From: Vicugna vicugna
Lineage: Eukaryota
Direction of reading: 5' to 3'
NCBI GenBank assembly: GCA_013265495.1
Contig: MU057666.1
Span: forward strand, 221,732-285,731
DNA length: 64,000 nt
In this document: in pieces, positions 42,366 to 54,182 of the stretch
How the letters are laid out: the number at the start of each line of letters is the position of its first letter
Numbering within the stretch: the first letter of the stretch is position 1
The notes under the pieces: model-generated
The model's input: only the letters and a program-made list of their open reading frames with translations
Databases searched by the model: none
Told to the model about the DNA's origin: nothing
Translations under genes and position numbers: made by a program

Positions 42366-44754
42366 AGACCACTCTTACCTGAGTGCGACTTGTCTTTCTC
42401 TATTTGAGTGAAAAACTGCGGTGCAAAATAAAAGCGCAGAGCAAGGTGGAATCTAATTGAAGAATAAGTGACATCTTAGATGAGCTGTTCAACTGCCATC
42501 TCATACTGGATACGATTTTGGTTTCCTATGAGAACAGACTTTATTAACACTGAGGTTTTAGGAATTTGACTGTTAAAAGGTTGTGAAGTTTAAAAGGCTG
42601 TATTGTTACTTAAAAATATTAGTACATATGATCTTTCATTTTCTTAATCATTGTTGAAACCAGATTGTAGAATAGTGTCTTATATTTCATGCCATCGTTG
42701 CATAATTAAACGAAGTTTCAACTCTATAGGCGCTAAAATGGGAGGCTTCAGGGTATATTGTGTTTGATACTTTCAAGGTAATACCAGTTTACATTCATTT
42801 TAGTGAAAAATTGTGTCTTTTAAATTTCTTTTTTGTTATGTGCAGATGTCAGGGTAAGATCTTTAATGGTTTTAGTGTTGGGGGAAGTATTTCGATATAC
42901 TTGAGGTCAGAACTAACTAGTAAAGCATGGATGATTTAAAGAGTGACATTTTAGTATTAAAATTTTAATTACTGTCCTTCCTATTTGAAGTCGAATGTGC
43001 TTGTGAAGGGGGCCATGTCTTTTAGAGTTGTGCTTAGTACCTACCTATAGGCTCTTGAAAATGTAGTAATGAAGTAGTGTATTTTAATTTGATAGTTTTC
43101 ATTTTGTGGATTTCATTTTTATTTAAACATGATTTTTTTCCCCCTAATATGGTACATAAGAGAGTGTGGATATGTTTTGAGATCAGATTATGTTAATGGC
43201 AGATACTTTGACTACATTTAGTCAGTTTTGGAAGCTGAATATAAACTATAAAAAGTTACTCATTATTAGTATAGTTATTGTACATTGGAAGCCTGCATTT
43301 TCTGGTTTATATTTCACCCAATTGTTACATTTACACTGATTTTAGCTTTATGAAATTTTATACCTTAGCACAGTTAAAAATAATATGTTTTAGGCAGTTA
43401 TTGATGTTTCTTAAACCACTGAACTTTGTTTTGAAACTGTTGCTAAAAATTGCTCTGGTCAATTTCATAATCCATTTGTTCCTTTTCTGTACTTTACATC
43501 AGTGACAGTATTCTCCAACTGGGAAAGGGAAAAGTGCAGAAGCAGTTTTGGACTATGTTTTAAAACTATTTTAAAATTATCCTTCTTATTAGCTATACGG
43601 TGGTATTGTTTGCTTCTTGGTAGCATGGGAGGGAAAGAGTATCTGTGTAGTTGTGAAATTTAAAATTAGGTGAGCTAGATAGACATACTGTACATGTTTT
43701 GTATTTTAATCTTGGTAAATATAGTTGTTTGATAGGCCAAAAAGCAAAAACACCTGGCAAATGTTTTTTGATCTTTATTAAAACATTTTTTAATGTGCAT
43801 TATCTAAGTCACATGCTTTTACCCCTTTTACTGGAAGAAAAACTGAGGAGGGGGGATTCAAATTAGACTGAGACTTCTGAGCTGAAACACACTCTGCCCT
43901 ACCACCCAGTCCTCTGGTTTTGCAGATGAGAAAACTGAGGCCTGAGGAAATATAAGATTTTACATAGTTGGTTAGTAAGAGAGTCAAGATAAGAATCAAA
44001 GTTTTGTTTTTTTTAAACTCAATCTAGTGCTTTTTCCCTCATGTGGTACTATGATTTATGGAAAAATCCTGAAATCAAGAATCTGACACCCTTTTAGGCT
44101 TGAGAGTGGCTTTCATACTTCCCTTCCCAGTAGAGACTTTGTTTCAGACTCTTAGATGGTTCATGGTTGGAAGCAGGGCTGTGGTGGAGACCCCACTGGC
44201 TAGGTTCCCCTTTCCCAAGAGACAGTCACATCTAGGGCAGGATGGTTTCACATGACATGGCTGAAGAAACACTACTCTAGGGAATAGACATTTATTAGTA
44301 TATTTAGTACTTGTGATTCAAAAATTTTATTATATCCCAGCACTAACACAAGAATTAGTGTTAGATTAAAAAGTATGTGCAGTACTTAGAAAGAATAAAT
44401 TTTTAATTTGCAAACAGTTTTAGATTTACAGAAAGGCTGTGAAGGTAGCACAGAGTGTTCTCACGCACCTCATATCCAGCTCCCTGTTGTTCACATCGGA
44501 CATTAGTGTGGGGCATTCATCAGAATTAATGAGCCAATCTTGACACATTTATCTTTAACTAAATGTGTTCACATTTCTTTAGTTTTACCTAATGTCCATT
44601 TTCTGTCCCAGGATCCCATCCAGGATACATTGTAATGTGAAGCATTTAAAATTTTTTCTTATCACTTAGTTAGTGATAACTAAGTGATAACTTAGTTATA
44701 CTAGTGTTACAGTGAAGGTCTAGTTTCTGAATTCAGATGATTATAAAATGTCTT

Positions 44755-44889
44755 ATTTTTTTAGTTTTATGAGGGGGCAGTAATTAGATTTTTAAAATTT
44801 ATTTATACTTGTAGGAGGTGCTGGGTATTGAACCCAGGACCTCATGCATGCTAAACATGCACTGTTCCACTTGAGATATACCCTCCCTC
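44755..44889 (-). mobile_element. Vic-1-like SINE with 12-bp TSD
   Basis: TSD ataaaatgtctt at 44743-44754 and 44890-44901. Confidence 0.9.
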
Positions 44890-45488
44890 ATAAAATGTCT
44901 TTTAAGTTATGAGGGGCTCAGAAGAAAATGGAATATTTTTTCTTTGATGATAGGTCTATGTAAGATGTATGGGTTGAAAACAAAACCAAAATAAAACCAA
45001 ATTACACTTTTCAGCCATGGTCAGTGTTATGTGTCCTGGAACAGGAACTGGGTCAGCAGTGTTGTAGTTCCTCTGCTGCCTGGGAGTTTACTGTGCCACG
45101 CTCGGTGTGCCCCTCATGTCTCCAGAGCCTTGCTTTCCCCATCATTTCTGTGGGAAGCTCGGACAGTATGGTTTTATCTGTTTTCCCCATCTTCAGGATG
45201 GAGCTGTGCAGATGTGGGCAGACCTTGAGCGTAGCAGCAGAAGCAGTTTACCACTCATGTTCTAACCGGTGCTTCTAGCTGATGACCAGGTCAGGATTGT
45301 TCTACATGAAGAACACTTGACAGAGGGTAAGGGTCTAAACCCTGCCTTGCCAGGTGAGAGGTTTATTCTCACATTAACAGTTATACAGCCAGATAGCAAG
45401 CATGCTTCAAGCAGTTTATTCTTTGTAAGTACCATAATTATGCCATAGATTTTTCAGCCTAATTATGGAATGTTATTGAAAAGTACAG

Positions 45489-45489
<1 letters not shown>

Positions 45490-45555
<66 letters not shown>

Positions 45556-45602
45556 GAAAGAAAGAAAGAAAGAAAGAAAGAGAAAAGAAAGAAAGAAAAG
45601 AA
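45490..45602. repeat. (GAAA)n microsatellite inside an old L1 fragment
   Basis: Seen directly; it explains the KERKKERK and FLSFFLS ORFs. Confidence 0.95.
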
Positions 45603-46479
45603 ATGCTAAAGGAAGTTCCTCAAGCGGAAGAGAAATGATAGCAGGGATAAATTTAGATCTACTCAAAGGAATAAAAGCACCTGAACTGGTAAAATTGTGA
45701 GCAAAAATAAGTAGAAGAGAAGGCAGACATCCTGTCAGAAATCAGAATCTATCAAAATGTCTATTTGCTGTTAAAAATCTTACAAATATTAAATACTAAG
45801 GTATTAATGAATAATTTTATATAAATAATTTAAAAGCTGGATAAACAAATTCCTTAAAATACAAATTACCACAACTGATTCAAGGGCAAAATACAAAACA
45901 GAAAGTCACAATAACTATTAAAGAAATTTAGTCAGTGAGAATTCTTTTAAGATAGCTCATAGCTTGGCCATTTCAACTGTGATTTTTACATTCAGTAACA
46001 ATAATTTCAGTATTAGCCAAACTCCCATACAACGCAAAGAATAACGTGCATTATTCAACTCATTATTTAAGTCTTGGAAATATTTAATTCCAAAATATCA
46101 CTAAAATAATATACGTGAAAATAAAAGCTTATATCACTCATGAATGTAAAGGCAAATAATTTTTGGTTTGACATTTAAAAAGCTAGCCAGTCAGGATTCC
46201 CATCACACAACAATAAAAAGCTAAACAAACTGAAATCAACAAGTCTTCCTAGATACATGGGAGCATCGAGGTCATAGGTTAACTGCTGTCCCCCAGTCTA
46301 AAGAGATAGGTAGAAGGACAGAGAATATAGCGCACCAAGAGCAGGCTCCAGTAGGAGTGGGAACAATTTCACTGTAATTGATGAGTTGATGGAGGCTTAG
46401 TGTGGACTAAGTTGTGAGTTAAAAACATGGGGTATGGTGGTCTAAGGGGGTGCCTCATACTTTCTTGAGTTTTACTTCT

Positions 46480-46830
46480 AATGATGCAGGGAAACAGATG
46501 TGGGGCATGAGAAGGGCAGTGTCCCGGGCTTCAGTTGAGCCCCTGGGACATGCCCTGCCAAATGTGGGTCCTTGGCTTCATGCAGGAAAGAATTCAAGTG
46601 CGAGCCGCAGTTGAGTAAAGATATCCCCGTCAGTTGAGAGTTCCGGGTTTCTATGCAAATATGTTACCTGAGTATATCAGAAATTTCCTTTTAGAATCAT
46701 CTTCAAATTAGGGACAGATTGAAGTGCAGGGTCCTAGATCAAAACAAGCAATGGTTTTTAAAAAAATCTTATTTTTTGCTGTAGTTCAAAGCAAGTTAAT
46801 AAATGCTATCTCCTCAACATCATTACAGGG
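46480..46830 (-). mobile_element. ERV1 (MER4-group-like) LTR/internal fragment
   Basis: ggtccttggcttcatgcaggaaagaattcaag.gcgagcc is a MER4-group LTR-type motif. Confidence 0.55.
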
Positions 46831-49598
46831 AAGGAAAATTTGACATTGGCCCTCTCACCTGCTTACCATGAAGACTAAGAAGGACTTGTAAGAAAACAGG
46901 AAAGTATTGTTTCATGTACTGAAGAAAACAGCAGCAAATTCTTGTGCTATAAAAAATAATTAAATGTATACAATGGAAAAGAAACCCTTGTAAAACATTT
47001 GTCCATACCTCTGTCTTAGCTCTTATCACATTGAACTATGATAATATGCTTATATTTTGTTTTATTTACTGTGTTGTAAACCTCTTAAAGGAAGAGACAA
47101 TATCTTTTTTATCCTTGTTTCATTAGCACCTACAGCAAATATCTGCCTCACAATAGCTCCTTAGTAAGTGTTAAAAAGAACTGGGGGAGGAAAGAAAGAA
47201 AAAAAGTCCTTTTGATAACAGAGTGTTTTTGAGTAAATGAGTCATGAGAACTTTACCTGGTAATTAATTGTGTCATATGTAAAACCTAAAAGGTTTTATG
47301 AAGGGACATTTCAAATAACATTCACTCTGGGGTATTTTTCCATCCACTTAAATAATTGCATATATTTTACCTTAGAGTATAAAAACAACTCAAAATGACA
47401 CTATCACATTAAAGACATAAAACTCACTTCAACTTTTAAATTGAAACTTTTAGTTTCCTTAAAAAATACAGTTGTTTCACTAATACTAAAAAATTCATAA
47501 ATTGAAATTAGTCATTCCTTTAAAAATGTAGTCATTTCACCAATATAAAAAATTCATAAGTTGAAATTAATCATTTACATTTGCTTAAGTGAATTACACA
47601 AAGCTCTAAATAAAATAGAAATTCCTATATGAGATGAATTCTATTTTTTACATTTTTATAAATAAACAAAATAACTGAATTATTGGTATTTCACATGGCC
47701 CAAAGTGAATTCTTAGACTAGCTGTGTAAAAATCTGTTATGTATTCATGACAGTATCAATATTTAATAAGAAAGATTATAGCAGCAAATAAGCCAAATAT
47801 ATTACACATAGATATGATTTGAAAAATATTCTATAGACTTTTAATAAGGTTTAGAAATTTGATATTTCACAGAATATCGTCTCATGAGATGTCCCCTGGA
47901 AGTGAAAACCCAAACAAGACTAGAACTCAGTGATAAAAGAATTAAGCCCCAAATTGTCATAACTTATTTGTGACCTTTCTATTCTGTGAATAACTGAGAG
48001 TTGACATTGTAGAATCACAATGGTGTGGAAGTTTCCTCATTGAAATTGTTACCTTGATTTTGTTCTTGTAGGAATAGAATATAAACCAGTCTGAAACCAG
48101 ATTGTTTGGTCTGAGAATATCATTTCAAATCCTAGATCATGGGTATCTTGTCAGGTATGTATTTAAATATCAATTCATCATAAATGCTGCTTATATTCAG
48201 TTAATGTGTGTCAAAAACAACAAAAATATTTGATTTCCAATGAGAAAAAAAGCAATTATAATTTCCATTTCATAAATAAGTGCATACAAATTTAGGAGAG
48301 AAGAGATGTCAGCTTACTGCCAGGTGTACACTTACATTTATAACTACATTGATACTGACATATTTTGCACCTATGCCTACATATTGACATCTACATTTAT
48401 ATTACATCTAGATCTGTATCTCAGTAGAATTTTCTGCAGCATCATGAGTCTATAGCCATTTTATCAGTGATCAGCACAATTTACCTGTCTCCTGAATTCA
48501 TCCACATAATTTAGGAACTCAGCCTTCTGCAAAAATGCTTCAGTTTTTTTTCTGAGATTTTCCATTCTGTCTCAAAGGCATGTGCAGTCTCTTCATATTC
48601 TCCTGTTCAAGCCCTTCTCTCACTGATTGTTCTCTGAATAACTGGCTGAAGGCAGTATCCTTCTGACACTGATCATCAGCACCCTCCAGAGGTCAGTGGC
48701 TAGCTCCCAAAGCTACAAAGCCTCAATGAAGGAAAAGTTAACTACTGCTCCCTAAGAAAATATCTATTTTAAGACTGACATCAAAGCTAAGCTTTCAAAC
48801 TATATGAAATACTTTCATTTTGTTGTATATGATCACTAATTTAAAAGATTTTCAAGTTTATAGTACTCAAGATCAGTTCTAAATTCAGAAATTTGAGAGA
48901 AATTAGGTAGAATGGTATGAAAAAGTCATAGAATCATAGAAATAATGGGTTACTGAGTGCTGGTAAAATAAAACCCATTTATAAGCTCTTCAAAATGAAA
49001 AGACCTTTAAGAGTTAGGTCTTATGAAGCTTTTAGGGAAAATTGAAAATGTATTTGTGATATTTGTAGTTTAAGATTATTGGGGACCCTGAGGAGCAGGG
49101 GAGAATGTTGGCATATGGGATTGAGCAAAAGATCTTAGATGATAAACAGGAACTTATTAAGTACCTGCTGTGATGCATTAGTTGGAAAATTAGCTCTGTT
49201 GGTTATGGCACGATGCTAATGAGCCCAAGGTTGAGTGGTCTCTGTTGACTTCAGGGTCTGTTAGGTGTGCTCTTCAGTGGCCTTTAATTATAAGAAAGGC
49301 TTGGCAAGATGTTTACATGTGCTGCTTGAGCTCAGGGTACAGTGCAATCACGGCAGCTCTATACACCCAACCCTCAGACTGAATGTATACTCTCAAGCCA
49401 GGTGCTTTCTACTACTATCACAGCAACGTCAGGATATGTGTAATCATGAACGAAAACAAAAGCACCTCTCTTAACATTTGTCTTATTTATATTTTCCTTT
49501 GAAGTTAGTATTGGAGTATGTTGTGGCATGATTTCAATAAAGCATTTTGGTTTTATACATAAGTCATGCAAATGTTCATGTACTTTAAAAATCTTCTG

Positions 49599-49790
49599 GG
49601 TGGAAGGGTATAGCTCAGTGGTAGAGTGCCTGCTTAGCATGCATGAGGTCCTGGATTCAATCCCAAGTAATGCCATTAAAAAATAAATGAATAAGCCTAA
49701 TTACACCCGCCAAATAAATAAAAATTAAAAAAACCTGCCACTTTAAAAATTTTTTTTGAAAAAGAAGAAGAACCAGAAAAAAAAAAAAAG
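49599..49790 (+). mobile_element. Vic-1-like SINE with long A-rich tail
   Basis: gggtatagctcagtggtagagtgcctgcttagcatgcatgaggtcctggattcaatccc; flanking repeat aatcttctg. Confidence 0.92.
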
Positions 49791-51546
49791 AAGAATCTTC
49801 TGAAAATTTAGCTTGGAAAATAATTTTATAACTAAAGAAGGTATATATGTATAAATTTATTTTAGAGTTGTTTATGTCAGGCAAAAATTGAATGCAAGCT
49901 AAATGAAATGTTAAATCATAGAAGAATGCCTTTTTCAGTTTTAGAACATTATTGTATAGACTGTTATGCATGAATAAAATAAAATATATTTATGGCAATT
50001 GAAGGAGAATATGGGAAAAACTTATGAGAGAATGCTAGAAGAAAACGCAGCATGAAATGTTAAGTACATTATGAATACAACTTTGAATATCAAAATATGA
50101 ATGCAACTATTTGAATACATACACACACATATGTACGTGTGCGTGCACAGAAACAAACAAACAAAATACAAGACCCTAGTTGAGAAAGAGAACAGTTGAG
50201 TTCAAGTGGTGGCAGGCAGTATATACTACAGATTAATGCTAGACTACGTAGTTTCTGCAGTCACACAGGCATTGGTTTGAATTTTGACTCCTCCACTTAC
50301 TAGGGACCATGAGTAAATTACTTCATTATGTATATGAATTGGAAGAAAACCACACAACATATGAATTGTGAGTTTAAGTTTTATTCCAGGTCTTAGTGAG
50401 GGCCATAGCCAGGAGATAGCTGCTGAGTAGCTCTGGGGATACAGCTCTGAAGAGAGAGAGGAGAAGCCAGTTTTTATATGATTTTTGGCTAGGAAATATA
50501 TGCAGTCAAGCATGCATTCTTGGTAAAAGATTATTGCTAATCACAAAGAACAGATACCTCAGGTTCATGATTTTAGTGCTTTTCTACATATGGAAAGATA
50601 CAAGAATCTGGGGTCACTGAAATTCTTCCTGGGGTTTGCATCTAACTATAGAAAAGCCAAAGCAAAGAGTGACTTCATCTTGTTTTTCACCCTGAATTCC
50701 TTTCAGACTGCACTGTCCATGGGCACCTGCAGTGGGTTCCAACTTAATCTTTATAAAACTACCTGGTGAGAAATGCGCTTAGTCTTAGAGATCTTAATTT
50801 TTCCATGTCCACATGTACCTAGGTCTGCTCTTCTGTAATTCTGAGATAGTATATATTATTAATTCTAATAAATTATTCTATTAGTAAATGTTATTAATTA
50901 TTACCCTATGAGGTAATTCTATCCTCATAAGGATGTTTGACTCTTGAACAAGATAAGTTATGCAAAGGCCCTGATCATACACTGGTATTCAGTATATATT
51001 TGTTGTTATTAGAGCAGTAATAATAGTACACAATTATTATTTTTGCCATTAGCGATTTTGTAGTTTTTCAGTTTTCACTCTTTAACGTTAATAATTTGAT
51101 AGCAGCAAATATTTAAATATATACCCCTTGTCAGGCAAGGGCCAAATGCATAGACTGCAGAATTAAGCAAACCTGAGTTTGAAACAAGCTCTGTAATTCA
51201 CTAACTTTTCAATACCGGAAATGTTACCCATCTTCTCCATCAGTCCCCTCACTCATGGGTTTGTTGTACAGATTATGAAGCACTCAGAAATTTTTCAGTA
51301 AATGGCAATTTTTAAACTTCACAACAATTCCACGAGACAATTATATGTAAGTTTAACCTTACATACTACTACAGTTGAAGAAACTATTTAGAGAGTCAAG
51401 AAGCTATCCCGGCCATGCTGTGAATAAGCTGCTGAGTTGGGATTTCAGCTTCTATTTTCTGACCTCAAAGGCTTTGTTCAGAATTGATATAGTATACCGT
51501 GGCTGATTTTATGACCAGCCATTGCTATAGCCTCATCAATTTCAAA

Positions 51547-52091
51547 TGTAGGGGAGCAAAATGTGGCTACCCAAAATGTCTCTTTAACATAAGGATTAAT
51601 TTAGAATGATTATTTTTAAGAAACGGAAGATTCAGGAATCTTTTCTTGTTACCTCCCATATAACTGCCTAAAGAATTTAGATAAAGGACCTGCTTTTGGA
51701 ACAGAGATGTTACCAGAGATATTTGCAGAGAACATGGTCTGGGTGTGATAGGGGAAACTCAGAGAAGCCTAGAGAGCCCTGTCTCTGCCTGGCCAAGCAA
51801 ACATTTGTTTAGCAAACACTAGCTTTTCTATTTCCATGTGAGTTGCCTTCCTCTCCTTTGAAGTCTCAAACCACAAAGGCCACCATCCTCTTTTGTCTTT
51901 TGCTGAAGATAGCATTTAAGGTGAGGGTTTGGTCCATCTTAGCAAGTTACTCAGTTTTCTTAGATTACCACCATATATACAAGTCATTTAACTTAAAAAA
52001 AATCTCCTGTTATTCTATCTCACATCAATTTAATTCTAAGATCAGCTAAGAATACAGAAGGGTAGAGGAGGATGTTTTTTCCTCCCTTACA
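51547..52091 (+). mobile_element. MER34-like ERV1 solo LTR
   Basis: tgtaggggag...cctcccttaca inverted termini; ccaaaatgtctcttt..cataaggatta.ttt. Confidence 0.75.
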
Positions 52092-53724
52092 GAAGAAAAA
52101 ATAATAGTAAATGGAGGCTGGAGTTATAGCCCTTTTGCATCCTGGCCTGTGGGAGCTGGTGCTGTTGGGGGATATGGGGAGTGAAAATGCCCAGAGTTGT
52201 CATAATTGCCATCTTATTGCCATTCTCTCTAGGGTCTGTGGATCCCAGGCTACAGTGTCACATATTGCCCTGACTCTGCCACCAACGTAGCTACTGTAGA
52301 AATCCTTTACCCCCCACCACGCTGTCTCTGGTATTTACTCTCCTTCCTTCTTTCACTCACATTCTTAAAAGGCTATGTTTCAGATAAGGAAATCTGGGAC
52401 TTTTGAGATATCTGCTTGGTTTGATATTGAATGATATCAGCTTGATATTGAATGACTTAAATGCTCAATTGTCCCTTCCACAGCCAACAAGAAGGGGACT
52501 GCTCAGGCTCCTTGTCCCTTATTTTAAGTGTAACCCCTCAATTCTCCCTGGGAGGTGTAAGTCTCCTTAGGGTCTGAGTTAGAAAAAAAGGGATGCTTAA
52601 AAACATCCACTACTAACTGGTATCATGGACAAAAGGAGAGATAATACAGAGATAACCCACCTCTGTAAGATGACTGTGTGAGATAATAATGATAAAATAA
52701 ATAGCAGCCCTTTGTATTGTAATGTAAAAAGACACAAGACATTTAAATCAAAATGTTGTTAGTATCTGAGCTTTTTTCAATAAATGTTAAGTAGAAATAT
52801 ATTTATTCAGATATTTCCCCTCTCATACATTTTGAATCCACAATCAAGTGTTTCCCTTTATATTCAGTCTCCCATACCTTTTTACATTTGGAATTGCATC
52901 AATCAGTTTTATAGCTGAAGGCAGTGACATGCTAACAGAAGGTGAGTGTTACACGATCTAGTTTCCAATTTAATTTGCTACTTGCTTCTCTAAAAGTTTG
53001 GGAAATTATCTTCTTTGAAAACTGGGAGTAAAAGACTCATAAAGATTAATCCCAGTTAATGGTAATGTGGGGACCCAGGATGCCAGAGGGGAGTAGTGCT
53101 TAGATCCTGACATCTTAGCTTGAGAAGAAACAGTTTTCTTATTTGGGGGTGTGTGTCCTTGATGTTTGGGAACCTGTTCTTAGAACTTTCCTTCTTCCTA
53201 TGATTTCATGAACTAAAATGTAATGATTTTTCTTTTTCCTTTCATACATAAACACTTTTTCTTTTCTTTTCTGCTCATAATTTCTCTTTCTATTCCTTAA
53301 TTATTTGGTTCTCACCTTTGTTTCTAGATTATATTCCCTCTACTGGAGAGTCTATAATGCCCTGACCTTTATCCTTATCTGTGAATTCTCTCTTGAGGGA
53401 CAGGCTCAAATCTCCAAATATCAACCAAATATTACTTGAGTATTTTATTGTCACCTGATGCTTATTCTCAGAACAAAATTCATTAATTTCCTTCCATATC
53501 AACTTTCTTGATGTTTTCATATCATCATAATTCTATCCATAGATGCAAAGTCTCTGTATCTTCTAGGTGTTTATTACTTGTTTTTCCTCATCAAATTCAA
53601 TAAATTATTGATTCCCCTGTTTTGTTTATAATGTATTTAAAATTTCTATCCTTCTCCCAGAATATCTGGTGAATTATATCTAACAACTTTGACATATTAA
53701 TATCACAAATTTATGTTTAAATGA

Positions 53725-54182
53725 TGTGATAGCCAGCCTCCAAGAAGCTCCTGAGTGATTTCCATCTCCTAATGGCCATGTCCTTGTGTAATTTGTCCCC
53801 ACAAATTAGAGGCTAACTCTGAGTGGCAATTAGAACTCAGCAGAAATAATGATCACTTCTGAGATTTCGTTATAAAAGAGACTACAGTTTCCATCTTGGC
53901 CATGCCTTCTCTCTTGCACTTTTCTCTTGGCTCATGTTCACCATGTCATAGGAACACTATAAAGAGGTCCATGTAGCAAGGACCTAAGACCACTGTTAAA
54001 AAGCCACTGAGGAATTGAGGTCTACTGTCTGCAGTCAAATGAGTGGCTTATAAGAGACACATCATCAGAGACATGTAGCTAAGCCTCTTCCAAATTCAAG
54101 ACCTCTGAAAACTATGTGAGATACTAAATGTTGAAGCTAAGTTTCAGGATAAATTTTTATGTATCAAAAGATAACTAATACA
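53725..54182 (+). mobile_element. MLT1-type MaLR LTR
   Basis: tgtgatagccagcctccaaga...aactatgtgagatactaaatg...agataactaataca. Confidence 0.75.

Noticed and set aside
41929..42411. Overlapping Pro/Arg/Gly-rich ORFs
   Set aside because: Stop-codon scarcity in a CpG island; no recognisable domain.
45463..45700. KERKKERK and FLSFFLS ORFs (also 33201-33567)
   Set aside because: Translations of tetranucleotide microsatellites.
49599..49675. tRNA gene (and similar heads elsewhere)
   Set aside because: The tRNA-like head is followed by a SINE body, A-tail and TSD, and occurs in many dispersed copies.
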